The notes: generated from the sequence alone by a model not told the origin. Shown: positions 10,637-18,721, counted from the stretch's first letter. The stretch: 32,220 nt of DNA from Candidatus Shapirobacteria bacterium (GCA_028700345.1 JAQVSW010000002.1:1-32220), one strand, 5' to 3'. Program-made: numbers and translations.

Positions 10637-10670
10637 ATATCCTATAATTATTGTGAAAATTATAGGATAT
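10637..10670. repeat. perfect 13-8-13 inverted repeat (lox/FRT-like candidate recombination core site)
   Basis: ATATCCTATAATT (10637-10649), spacer attgtgaa, AATTATAGGATAT (10658-10670). The arms are exact reverse complements. The arm sequence recurs on the other side of the recombinase gene (8977-8989). Confidence 0.5.
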
Positions 10671-10770
10671 GTCGTGAAAACCCTCTCTCCACTTCCCCAC
10701 TCCCCGGCCCTATATCATATTTTTTGCCTATTATTCAATAACTATTTATCTATTAAACTATTTATCTAAT

Positions 10771-11577
10771 CTATCCCCATCTCGTTACCAGAATAATAGC
10801 CAAAATCACCGCCACCCCTATATAGCTATAATTTAAGACCACTCCCCTAAAGAGTCTATCTCTAATTTCTGCCTGTAATAAGCCAGTAATTGCATATATA
10901 GCTGACACCAAATAAATTGATCCTTTAAAAATTCCCACTGGCCAAAAGGACAATATTCCCGCAAGTTCCATTAATATTAAAGATGGTACCAAAATATATG
11001 GCCATTTTCCCTTTTCTTTACCATCATCCGCCAGTTCAATCGCCACTGCCCAGTACTGATAGGAGAAAATTAATAGGGCCAAAAAAAGTGTTCCTAGCAT
11101 ATTTCCCCAAAAGGGAAACTTAAAAGAAAATAGAGAATCAAAAACAAAGAAGGAAATTAGCAGCACTAAAATTAAACTGACCGTATAGGCAGCTCGGTAA
11201 AGTGGCACGGTTCGGTACCCAATCGCTACTAAAAAAACATTTTCGGCCAAAAAAATTACATATAGAATCACTCCAAAGGACCCCGTAATGATTAATAGAT
11301 TTAACCAGTTTAGTGGTAATAACACCGAAAATAAGCCAAAACCTATCGTCCACAACAGTGGTAGTAGGACTGACATTATTCGAGTCTCAAAACTAGCTTC
11401 AAATATAATTCCCAGGCCAAACCAAAAACAAAAAACTACAATTACCAGCATTAGCATTAAACCATAATATTTTGATTCTACGGGAAGTCCCAAATATAAA
11501 TAAAAAGCTAGAGCCCCTATTAAAGAAGAAATAAAATATTTAATTCTTTTCGACATAATCAAAACCGGCAAAAACAT
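10771..11577 (-). CDS. hypothetical polytopic membrane protein
   Basis: 268-aa ORF, almost entirely hydrophobic helices. The true start may be the ATG at 11556 (MSKRIKY...), which shortens the overlap with the upstream gene. Confidence 0.5.
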   Translation of the reverse strand: MFLPVLIMSKRIKYFISSLIGALAFYLYLGLPVESKYYGLMLMLVIVVFCFWFGLGIIFEASFETRIMSVLLPLLWTIGFGLFSVLLPLNWLNLLIITGSFGVILYVIFLAENVFLVAIGYRTVPLYRAAYTVSLILVLLISFFVFDSLFSFKFPFWGNMLGTLFLALLIFSYQYWAVAIELADDGKEKGKWPYILVPSLILMELAGILSFWPVGIFKGSIYLVSAIYAITGLLQAEIRDRLFRGVVLNYSYIGVAVILAIILVTRWG

Positions 11578-12256
11578 TAATTACATCATCATTTTCTTCA
11601 AGTTCATCTATCATATCCAATATTTTTCCTACTTTTGTTTCATCATCGAGAAGCACTGGGTTTAAACATTGATAAACAAGCTCCAAATGCTTGATCTCTC
11701 CTCCCATTAACTTTATTTTCTCCCCTATTCTTTTACAGTCGGCCATTTCCGTCACTACCAAATTATCTTTAATATCCTTTACTCCTTCATCAATTAGCTT
11801 CAGCTCTGTTTCTTCATCGAGTTTAGTTTCTAGCTCAATCTCCCCTACTCTTCTAAACATAAAGGCCACACTGCCACTTTCCCCGAGAGATCCTTCATAA
11901 TTTCTAAAAATTAACTTAATTTCCCCCAAAATTCTATTTTTATTATCCGTCTCGACTTCAATTATTACCGGTACGCCATAGGGACCAAAACCTTCAAAAA
12001 CTCCCCCGACCAAATTATTTTTTCTTTCTTCAAATCTTAAAAGCAATCTTTCAATATTTTCCTTGGGCATATTGACCTCCCGAGCTTTTTCAATCGCCTC
12101 TCGAAGACCAATATTTGACTCAGGATTAGAGTTTCCCCCACTTTCTCGAATTGCTGTCATTATGTTTTTTGAGGCTCTGGTAAAAGCTTCACTTCTTTTT
12201 TTATCCTGAGCTCCCTTTCGATTTTTAATATTTGCCCACTTAGAATGTCCTGACAT
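11540..12256 (-). CDS. YebC/PmpR-family DNA-binding transcriptional regulator
   Basis: The N-terminus MSGHSKWANIKNRKGAQDKKRSEAF is the family hallmark. 238 aa. Confidence 0.9.
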   Translation of the reverse strand: MSGHSKWANIKNRKGAQDKKRSEAFTRASKNIMTAIRESGGNSNPESNIGLREAIEKAREVNMPKENIERLLLRFEERKNNLVGGVFEGFGPYGVPVIIEVETDNKNRILGEIKLIFRNYEGSLGESGSVAFMFRRVGEIELETKLDEETELKLIDEGVKDIKDNLVVTEMADCKRIGEKIKLMGGEIKHLELVYQCLNPVLLDDETKVGKILDMIDELEENDDVINVFAGFDYVEKN

Positions 12257-13052
12257 AGCTATTGTATTTTATCATCGAGGCATAGCTTTCACCTAAATAT
12301 AAAACGATCTCATTTTCCAGTAAACTTCCACTACTTACCAGAGAACAGCCAAATTCTTTTGCCAGTATTTCCGTATATTTTTTAGTTATCCCCTCACTTC
12401 CAACTCGAAGCAATATTTCGCATTCCTTTTTTGGTTGCTCACTTCTGACTTCCATAACACTAAAACCCATCCAATTTAATCTATCAGCTACAAAGGAGCC
12501 AAGTCCATTTTCCCGAGTATCATTTATCACTATTATTTTTAATTCCTTCGTGAGCAACTCACTGTCAGCAAAATCCCGTGGTAACAGCTCATCCAGTTTC
12601 TCCTTTTCCATCTCCATTGATCTAGTTAAGGTATCGGTTTTATATAGCCAGCTCTCCTGCTCTAAAATATATCGTAACCAGTTCAAAGGACCTAAATGCT
12701 TAACCAAATCCCAGCTTCGCCATTCTTTTACCTCATTCAAAATAACAATGTCCTTGGGAATAAAACCAAAATTATAATAAAAAGTCTTTTTTATTAAATC
12801 AACATCTTTGTTACTTTCATAAATCTTTAACAGTTTATCGCTGGCATACCAGCCCATCCCTCCTGGAAACCACAACTCAACCTCTCCCTCAACACTGAGC
12901 AAATTTATCATATCTCTCTCGGGTGAAATCGATAGTAAAGCCACTCCCTCAGGGGTAATTATTCCCAGTTTAAAATCATTATTTTGCCATGATTTTTTTA
13001 ATAAATATCCGACTGTTATGGCAATTATTATAAAAAAAATTAATTTTTTCAT
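12240..13052 (-). CDS. membrane-anchored hypothetical protein, possible LytR_C-type C-terminal domain
   Basis: N-terminal TM helix. The C-terminal segment (IIVINDTRENGLGSFVADRLNWMGFSVMEV) resembles LytR C-terminal domains. Weak call. Confidence 0.4.
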   Translation of the reverse strand: MKKLIFFIIIAITVGYLLKKSWQNNDFKLGIITPEGVALLSISPERDMINLLSVEGEVELWFPGGMGWYASDKLLKIYESNKDVDLIKKTFYYNFGFIPKDIVILNEVKEWRSWDLVKHLGPLNWLRYILEQESWLYKTDTLTRSMEMEKEKLDELLPRDFADSELLTKELKIIVINDTRENGLGSFVADRLNWMGFSVMEVRSEQPKKECEILLRVGSEGITKKYTEILAKEFGCSLVSSGSLLENEIVLYLGESYASMIKYNSYVRTF

Positions 13053-13720
13053 AATTTTGACAAAAGCTCTTTTAAATCGGTCGCCATTTCCCCTTCAAAA
13101 CTTAATTCAGCTTCTGTCAGGGGATGTTTAAATTCAATTTTTATTGACTCAAGAAATGGTCTTGATAAACCCAAAAGCGCTTTACCACCATATATTAAAT
13201 CCCCTACTAGTGGCCATCTTAGATAACTAAAATGAACTCTAATCTGATGAGTTCTTCCTGTTTTTAAATTTATTTCAATTAAAGAATATATCTTGTTATC
13301 AAAATTATATTTTTTTAAAAGCCTAAAACTGGTTTCCGCCATTTTACCCTCTTCACTGACGGCAAATTTACCAAAGGTATATTTTGATCTAGCTATGGGG
13401 ACTTTTATTTCCCCATCTCTTGATAAATCTCCCTCAATTAAGGCTAAATAGGTTTTTTTTATTTCTCTTTTTTTAAACATCTCCAGAATCTTGTTTCTTG
13501 TTTCTGTGTTTTTAACTACTACCATCAAACCGGAGGTGCCTTTATCCAGACGATGAACAATTCCCTGTCTTGGTAAATCATTTTTTCCAAATTTATTAAT
13601 CAGCCAATCTTCAAGTGTCTCTTTATCATTTCTCCCCTCTTTGGTGCAAACTACTCCACTTTTTTTATTTAATATCAAAATATCCTTATCTTGATATATT
13701 ATTTTTGCCTTTTCTTCCAT
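13049..13720 (-). CDS. RluA-family pseudouridine synthase
   Basis: HRLDKGTSGLMVV (catalytic Asp motif) and GRTHQIRVHF. No S4 domain. Confidence 0.85.
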   Translation of the reverse strand: MEEKAKIIYQDKDILILNKKSGVVCTKEGRNDKETLEDWLINKFGKNDLPRQGIVHRLDKGTSGLMVVVKNTETRNKILEMFKKREIKKTYLALIEGDLSRDGEIKVPIARSKYTFGKFAVSEEGKMAETSFRLLKKYNFDNKIYSLIEINLKTGRTHQIRVHFSYLRWPLVGDLIYGGKALLGLSRPFLESIKIEFKHPLTEAELSFEGEMATDLKELLSKL

Positions 13721-13995
13721 ATATAATAGATAATTAACTGAACTACGCCAAAAGCAATTAAATAATCATTTAAATTATTATAAATTGAAGTTAGCGGTAT
13801 TGACCAGTAGTCTCTAACACCACCCCAGCGCCATCTTTCAATTAAATTTAAACTTCCACCCATAATCATTAAAAGCCACCCGAAGGCTTTTTTGTCTCTC
13901 CACCAGGCAGCTCCCAAAATTATCAATATAAATAGCTGAATCCATTCTAAAAAAGGCAAATTTAAACCCAGACTGGCTCCTCTATTGATGATCAT
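13699..13995 (-). CDS. short signal peptidase II (LspA)-like protein
   Basis: NRGASLG, GGSLNLIERW and NNLNDYLIAFG align with the LspA N.G.aFG, GGa.GN..DR and FN.AD motifs. It is only 98 aa, so the N-terminal TM region is absent. Confidence 0.55.
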   Translation of the reverse strand: MIINRGASLGLNLPFLEWIQLFILIILGAAWWRDKKAFGWLLMIMGGSLNLIERWRWGGVRDYWSIPLTSIYNNLNDYLIAFGVVQLIIYYIWKKRQK

Positions 13996-14357
13996 TAGCT
14001 TTCTCTATCTTTAGCACACTTGACACAAAGGGTAGTATCAGGTTTTACGGCCAAACGGTCGGTGTCAATCATGCTCTGACATTTTTCACAAATCCCATAT
14101 TTTCCAATCTTTAGTCTGGTTAAAGCTTTTCTCACTTGAACTATTTGTTTTCTTATAAAACTTATTTTTACTTCGGTTTCAAAACGACCTATTTGTTCAT
14201 CAACATCTTCTTCAAGAGAATTATTTCCAGTTCTCTGTTGATCAGAAAATGGATCATTTTCCTTTAATAACTTTTCTTTCTTTTTTAAATCAAGTAATTT
14301 ATGGTGCAAAAAAACCTCGATTCCTTTGGTTAATCTACTTGGAAAACTTATCATCAC
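13995..14357 (-). CDS. DksA/TraR-family C4 zinc-finger protein
   Basis: C-terminal CEKCQSMIDTDRLAVKPDTTLCVKCAKD (CxxC-x17-CxxC) preceded by a coiled-coil segment. Confidence 0.7.
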   Translation of the reverse strand: MMISFPSRLTKGIEVFLHHKLLDLKKKEKLLKENDPFSDQQRTGNNSLEEDVDEQIGRFETEVKISFIRKQIVQVRKALTRLKIGKYGICEKCQSMIDTDRLAVKPDTTLCVKCAKDRES

Positions 14358-14934
14358 CTAGAATAAACAATCCCAATCCAAAAAGCAAGCTGAGTCCTAA
14401 AAACCACCAAGTTTTTGAAAGTATCGCCAATATTAGCCAAAAACAAAATAAAAACCAAAAAAAGAGAAAACCCTTTTTTCCACTTTTATACCAAGTTAAA
14501 GAGCGGTATCTTTTTTTTAAAACAAAGTTCAATCCCAGCGCTCCCAAAAGAGCCATTACTAATTTCCAGTCTTTGGTAATTATCCCAAACATGCTCAGTA
14601 AAAACCAAAAACTAACTAAAGCATTTTCTAAAAAAGCCCAAACCTTCCACTCTTTATCTTTTGAGATCAAAAGTGCAAAACAGAGCCAAAGAACACTTCC
14701 CCCTAAAATATTTGTTTCTCCAATTTTCCAAAATTCAAGCCAGGTAATCCCCTTCCCCAACCAGTCACCCCAGTGCCAAAATCCATAGCTTAGCCTACCT
14801 CCTACCATAAACAGCAAAAGAGCTACCCAGGAAAAAGCAATAATATCCTCTTCTTGATAATTATCCCGCAAAGTCCGCCAACTTATATATAAATAACCTA
14901 TTATTGTCGCCATTCCTAAACTTAAATTAATCAT
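14335..14934 (-). CDS. polytopic membrane protein, possibly prolipoprotein diacylglyceryl transferase (Lgt)-like
   Basis: GGRLSYGFWHW...EFWKIGETNILGGSV loosely resembles the Lgt GARL..V / W.GGL..HGG region. Start placed at ATG 14934, because the 14964 start in the track would overlap tRNA-Leu. Confidence 0.4.
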   Translation of the reverse strand: MINLSLGMATIIGYLYISWRTLRDNYQEEDIIAFSWVALLLFMVGGRLSYGFWHWGDWLGKGITWLEFWKIGETNILGGSVLWLCFALLISKDKEWKVWAFLENALVSFWFLLSMFGIITKDWKLVMALLGALGLNFVLKKRYRSLTWYKSGKKGFLFFWFLFCFWLILAILSKTWWFLGLSLLFGLGLFILGDDKFSK

Positions 14935-14939
14935 TTTAG

Positions 14940-15023
14940 TGCCGAGGGTGGGAATCGAACCCACACGATGTTACCATCACACGATTTTGAGTCGTGCGCG
15001 TCTACCAATTCCGCCACGTCGGC
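14940..15023 (-). tRNA. tRNA-Leu (anticodon CAA)
   Basis: The reverse complement folds as a type II cloverleaf: GCCGACG/TG/D-arm GCGGAATTGGTAGACGC/anticodon stem CACGA-CTCAAAA-TCGTG/long variable arm/T-arm GTGGG-TTCGATT-CCCAC/CCTCGGC-A. One C6:C67 mismatch in the acceptor stem. CCA is not encoded. Confidence 0.9.
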
Positions 15024-15048
15024 CAGTTGAATTATTATCTCACGAAGC

Positions 15049-16359
15049 TTACCCTTTTTTCTCAACATTAAAGAAGCTAACTTGTTTGCCATTGAAGTAC
15101 AAATCAAATTGCCCCGTCGGTCCATTTCGATGTTTCTCGATACTACAAGTCACCACTTCTTTTATTTCATCATCTTCTCTTGATAAAAACATGACCACAT
15201 CTGAATCTTGTTCAATGCTTCCCGATTCTCTGAGGTCAGACAATCTCGGTTTACCGCCTCGAGTCTCCATTTGTCTATTTAACTGAGCTGCCGCCAAAAT
15301 CGGAATCTTTAATTCCCTAGCTAGATTTTTTAAACCTTGAGATATTTCTGATACTTCTTGAACTCTATTTTCTCTGGATTGGCCCCGCATTAACTGCAAA
15401 TAATCAACAATAATAAATTTTATTCCCTTGTCTGACTGTAATCTTCTCGCTTTAGTTCTCAGCTCTGTTACTGACAGACCCGGAGTATCATCAATATAAA
15501 GTGGAGCTTCAGCCAATACTCCCATAGCTTCTGATAAAGAAGTAAAGTCATCATCTGAAAGTTGTCCTGTTTTAAGTTTCCAAGCGTCAATTAAACCTTG
15601 TCGAACTAATAAACGATCGACCAGCTCTTCTTTACTCATTTCCAAAGAAAAAATACAGGTTGGTAATTTTTCTTCAACTGACACATGCCGGGCAATATTC
15701 AAACAAAAAGCGGTTTTCCCGAGTCCTGGTCTCGCGGCTAAAATCAATAAGTTGCTGTCCTGCATTCCTGCCAGCATTGAATCAAGTTGGCGAAACCCAG
15801 TCGGTAGGCCCCTAAGACCGCTTCCTCGCTTCTGAAGCTCATCAAGGCGATCAAAGCTCGCCGTCAGCACTTCTTTTAAAGAAGAAGGTACTGACTTCAT
15901 ATGACGCTGTGACAGGGCATAGACTTCCTGCTCGGCCATATCGAGTAGTTGCTCAACCGGCATTGACTCATCGAAAGCTTTTTGAGAAATTCTCCCCGCT
16001 GCTGATATCAATTCTCTTTTGGCCGATAGTCCCTTTATCATTCGGCCATAACTTTCAACATTGGCCGAAGTAGGCACTTCATTGGCCAATTTTGATAAAA
16101 AGGCCTTACCTCCAATATTTTTTAAAAGCTTTTCTTCTTTTAATTTTCCGGCCACCGTCACTATATCAATCGGGTTCCTTTCTTCATAAAGATCCATCAT
16201 TGTCTTATAAATCAAGGCAAAATTGTGATTATAAAAATGCTCTGGTCTTAAAAATTCCGAAACCGATAAAATTGCATCATTATCAATTAAAATTGAACCT
16301 AAAACACAAATTTCTGCTTCCTCAAAAGAGGGTGGTATTTTAACTAGTTCGTCTTTAAT
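15049..16359 (-). CDS. dnaB: replicative DNA helicase DnaB (start proposed at ATT 16359)
   Basis: Walker A GLGKTAF, IVDYLQLM, RESGSIEQDSDVV. The conserved N-terminus IPPSFEEAEICVLGSILID lies in frame upstream of the first canonical start (TTG 16215). GGAGGTG sits 5 nt before ATT. Confidence 0.9.
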   Translation of the reverse strand: MKDELVKIPPSFEEAEICVLGSILIDNDAILSVSEFLRPEHFYNHNFALIYKTMMDLYEERNPIDIVTVAGKLKEEKLLKNIGGKAFLSKLANEVPTSANVESYGRMIKGLSAKRELISAAGRISQKAFDESMPVEQLLDMAEQEVYALSQRHMKSVPSSLKEVLTASFDRLDELQKRGSGLRGLPTGFRQLDSMLAGMQDSNLLILAARPGLGKTAFCLNIARHVSVEEKLPTCIFSLEMSKEELVDRLLVRQGLIDAWKLKTGQLSDDDFTSLSEAMGVLAEAPLYIDDTPGLSVTELRTKARRLQSDKGIKFIIVDYLQLMRGQSRENRVQEVSEISQGLKNLARELKIPILAAAQLNRQMETRGGKPRLSDLRESGSIEQDSDVVMFLSREDDEIKEVVTCSIEKHRNGPTGQFDLYFNGKQVSFFNVEKKG

Positions 16360-16892
16360 AAGACCACCTCCATGGCTTCAGGTAAATTTTCTTTCTCTAC
16401 CCTCAGACTTTCAATACTTTCTAAATTTTCCCTGTCAAAGCTATCTAAAAAATCTTTCAATTCTTCTTTTTTATCTTCATAGTCGATAGGTATTACATAA
16501 TTAGCTGCTGATTTTTTGGCAAGTTCTCCACTTTTAGCCTCAAGACTAATCATCAATACATCCGCCTCCTCTAGTTTTTCTTTTTTCTTCTCACTAATTT
16601 CTCCTTCATTTTTACCCATAATTACCACCTTAATTCCATCGATATTTAAAACATACATTGAATTAATACCACTAATCTCTATTCCTCCAATCTCATATTC
16701 TCCAGGCCCAGCAATTACAACTCGGTTTTCTTCGGTACCTAATTTGACAAAATTTCTCGTCTTTTCACTAAAAATAATAATCCTAGCTTCATAATTCTTA
16801 TTATCAAGATTATCTTTATCTGGATTTATCCACACACTCTCCTTCTTACCTTTTAAATATATCTTGCCTTGATTAAAATATTTTATTTCCAT
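16344..16892 (-). CDS. hypothetical protein
   Basis: 182-aa ORF, well packed between neighbours, with an E/K-rich C-terminal half. No confident family; possibly a degenerate MBL-fold-like protein. Confidence 0.45.
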   Translation of the reverse strand: MEIKYFNQGKIYLKGKKESVWINPDKDNLDNKNYEARIIIFSEKTRNFVKLGTEENRVVIAGPGEYEIGGIEISGINSMYVLNIDGIKVVIMGKNEGEISEKKKEKLEEADVLMISLEAKSGELAKKSAANYVIPIDYEDKKEELKDFLDSFDRENLESIESLRVEKENLPEAMEVVLLKTN

Positions 16893-16919
16893 AGCCTTAT
16901 GATAACATTAAACCATTCT

Positions 16920-17384
16920 ATGATTAAGGAATTATCTTTAGCAATCGTTCTCGGTCTCCTCATTGGCTTTGGCTTAACAGGAACCTATTTTTATGTTAGA
17001 CAAACCAAAAATAATCAAAAAAATCCACCAAATATTGTTGTTCCCACCACTGCTCCCGAAAATAATTCTTCAGATCAAAATTCAGTTTCCCCTCCCCCCA
17101 ATTTCTCTTCTCTTCCCGAATTAAAGATAAATTCACCCCAAAATAACGACATTGTTTCAACCAGTAAAACCACCATTAAAGGTCAGTCAAGCCCAAATAG
17201 CCTAATCATCATTACCACCCCTTTAAAAAACTATCATCTGTCGGCTGATGTTCAAGGTCTTTTTTCTCAGGAAATTACTCTAGAAGCCGGCTTTAATAGC
17301 CTCAACATAACTACCATTGACCAAAACGACAAGGAAAATCACCTTGAATTATTTATTACCTATTCTACCACCAAACTCGAATGA
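16920..17384 (+). CDS. hypothetical membrane-anchored secreted protein
   Basis: Start chosen at ATG 16920 (MIKELSLAIVLGLLIGFG..., TM anchor) to avoid overlap with the minus-strand gene. Low-complexity S/P/N linker. Stop overlaps the next ATG. Confidence 0.5.
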   Translation: MIKELSLAIVLGLLIGFGLTGTYFYVRQTKNNQKNPPNIVVPTTAPENNSSDQNSVSPPPNFSSLPELKINSPQNNDIVSTSKTTIKGQSSPNSLIIITTPLKNYHLSADVQGLFSQEITLEAGFNSLNITTIDQNDKENHLELFITYSTTKLE

Positions 17385-18043
17385 AAAAAATCTCTATCTT
17401 TTTAATTATTCTCATCTCTAGTTTCTCATTTCTAGTTTCTGTTGTTAACGCTCAAAGTCCAACTTCGCAAGATGAAATTCAAAAAATACGTGAAGTAATC
17501 CAGCAAAAGGTCCAGGAAAAGCTCGATGAAATAGGCGGAGAAGAAACTCTAAACCCCAAAAAGGCTTATTTAGGCACAATTACAAAAATTGAAAATCATA
17601 ACTTAAGTTTTGATTCAAAAGGGCAAAAATATGAATCAGTCATTAGTGATGATGCTACCTTTATCAACGAAAAACAAAATAAAATCAAAATTACTGATTT
17701 AAAAGAAGGTCAAGATGTTTTAGTTTTAACTCTAGTTAAAGACGAGATTATTTTCGCCAAAAGAATTCTTATAGTTGATCCCAGCAAGCTCGAGAATAAG
17801 AAAAATATTGCTTTAGGAAAAATTGCCGATATTTCAACGACTACTTCTGTTTTTGTTCTCATTCCTGTTGACAACAACAATCACGATCTTCAAATGAAAA
17901 TTGATACTAAGACAGAAATAGTGACCAAGGATAATAAAATTCTAAAGTTTTCCGATCTCAAAAAAGGGCAAAAAATAGTCTGTATCTACACTAATGGAGA
18001 AAATTCCACTTATCCTGCTCTCAAAATCATCACCCTCGATTAG
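17381..18043 (+). CDS. hypothetical secreted protein with signal peptide
   Basis: MKKISIFLIILISSFSFLVSVVNA/QS looks like a Sec signal peptide. Two similar segments (ITDLKEGQDVLV / FSDLKKGQKIVC) suggest an internal duplication. Confidence 0.55.
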   Translation: MKKISIFLIILISSFSFLVSVVNAQSPTSQDEIQKIREVIQQKVQEKLDEIGGEETLNPKKAYLGTITKIENHNLSFDSKGQKYESVISDDATFINEKQNKIKITDLKEGQDVLVLTLVKDEIIFAKRILIVDPSKLENKKNIALGKIADISTTTSVFVLIPVDNNNHDLQMKIDTKTEIVTKDNKILKFSDLKKGQKIVCIYTNGENSTYPALKIITLD

Positions 18044-18653
18044 TTTTTTTAAGTCTTTTCCTCATCAAGATATTTAACCCAATATGCTTTTTGTAATTGA
18101 CATTCTCTTCTATTTTTGCATTCCAATTAACCTCTCTCACTTTAATAATTTTAAAATCTCGACCGAATTGTTTTTCAATATCACTTAAATCCCTAAACAT
18201 TGGACATTTTGGCTTATACTTGTAAGCTGGATGTTTTTTAGAAAAACCAAAATAGATTAAATACCCCCCTGGCTTTAATGTCCTTGCCACCTCCTTTTCT
18301 GCTTGTTGTTGAGCGTTATTATCTGGCAACAAATGACTACAACCAGCATCAATAGCCGCATCAAAATAATTGTTTTTAAGAGGTAAACGGGTCGCATTGG
18401 CATGAAAATAATTTACATAAACACCCAGTTTAACCGCCTTCTCCATTGCCTCATCTATTTCTTTATTATCTATGTTTACTGCCGTGACTACCACTCCTTT
18501 ACTTGCCAGCCAATTTGAATTTCTACCAAATCCACAGCCTACGTCCAAGACTCTTTCTCTTTCTTTAATAATTCCCTCGCTAAAACATCTGACTATTTCT
18601 CCTGTTGGCTCATCACCCTGCCATCCAATATTGTTCCATTTTGTTTGACCCAC
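18030..18653 (-). CDS. class I SAM-dependent methyltransferase
   Basis: VLDVGCGFGRNSNWLA (motif I) and FDAAIDAGCSHLL. GTG start. Confidence 0.75.
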   Translation of the reverse strand: MGQTKWNNIGWQGDEPTGEIVRCFSEGIIKERERVLDVGCGFGRNSNWLASKGVVVTAVNIDNKEIDEAMEKAVKLGVYVNYFHANATRLPLKNNYFDAAIDAGCSHLLPDNNAQQQAEKEVARTLKPGGYLIYFGFSKKHPAYKYKPKCPMFRDLSDIEKQFGRDFKIIKVREVNWNAKIEENVNYKKHIGLNILMRKRLKKTNRG

Positions 18654-18685
18654 AAGCTATTTTATAACAATTCGACAATATTAAT

Positions 18686-18714
18686 TTGCACTAATTAATC
18701 TTTATTGTTACAAT
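18686..18714 (+). promoter_or_regulatory. sigma70-type promoter driving the His leader / tRNA-His unit
   Basis: TTGCAC (18686-18691), 17-nt spacer, extended -10 TGtTACAAT (18706-18714). This is the same 9-mer as in the gyrB promoter. Confidence 0.45.
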
Positions 18715-18721
18715 ACTTTCA

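Noticed and set aside
10104-10770. Known structured RNAs (tmRNA, RNase P RNA, SRP RNA) in the long non-coding region
   Set aside because: I could not find the conserved cores: no GGAAAGTCCGGGC-type P4 strand, no tRNA-like TCCACCA end, no SRP GGAA/AGCA loop motifs. An unknown ncRNA remains possible.
16378-16380. UGA recoding (code 25/4) to explain the missing dnaB start
   Set aside because: TGA clearly terminates genes in ATGA overlaps at 1205-1208 and 17381-17384, and protein lengths are normal under table 11.
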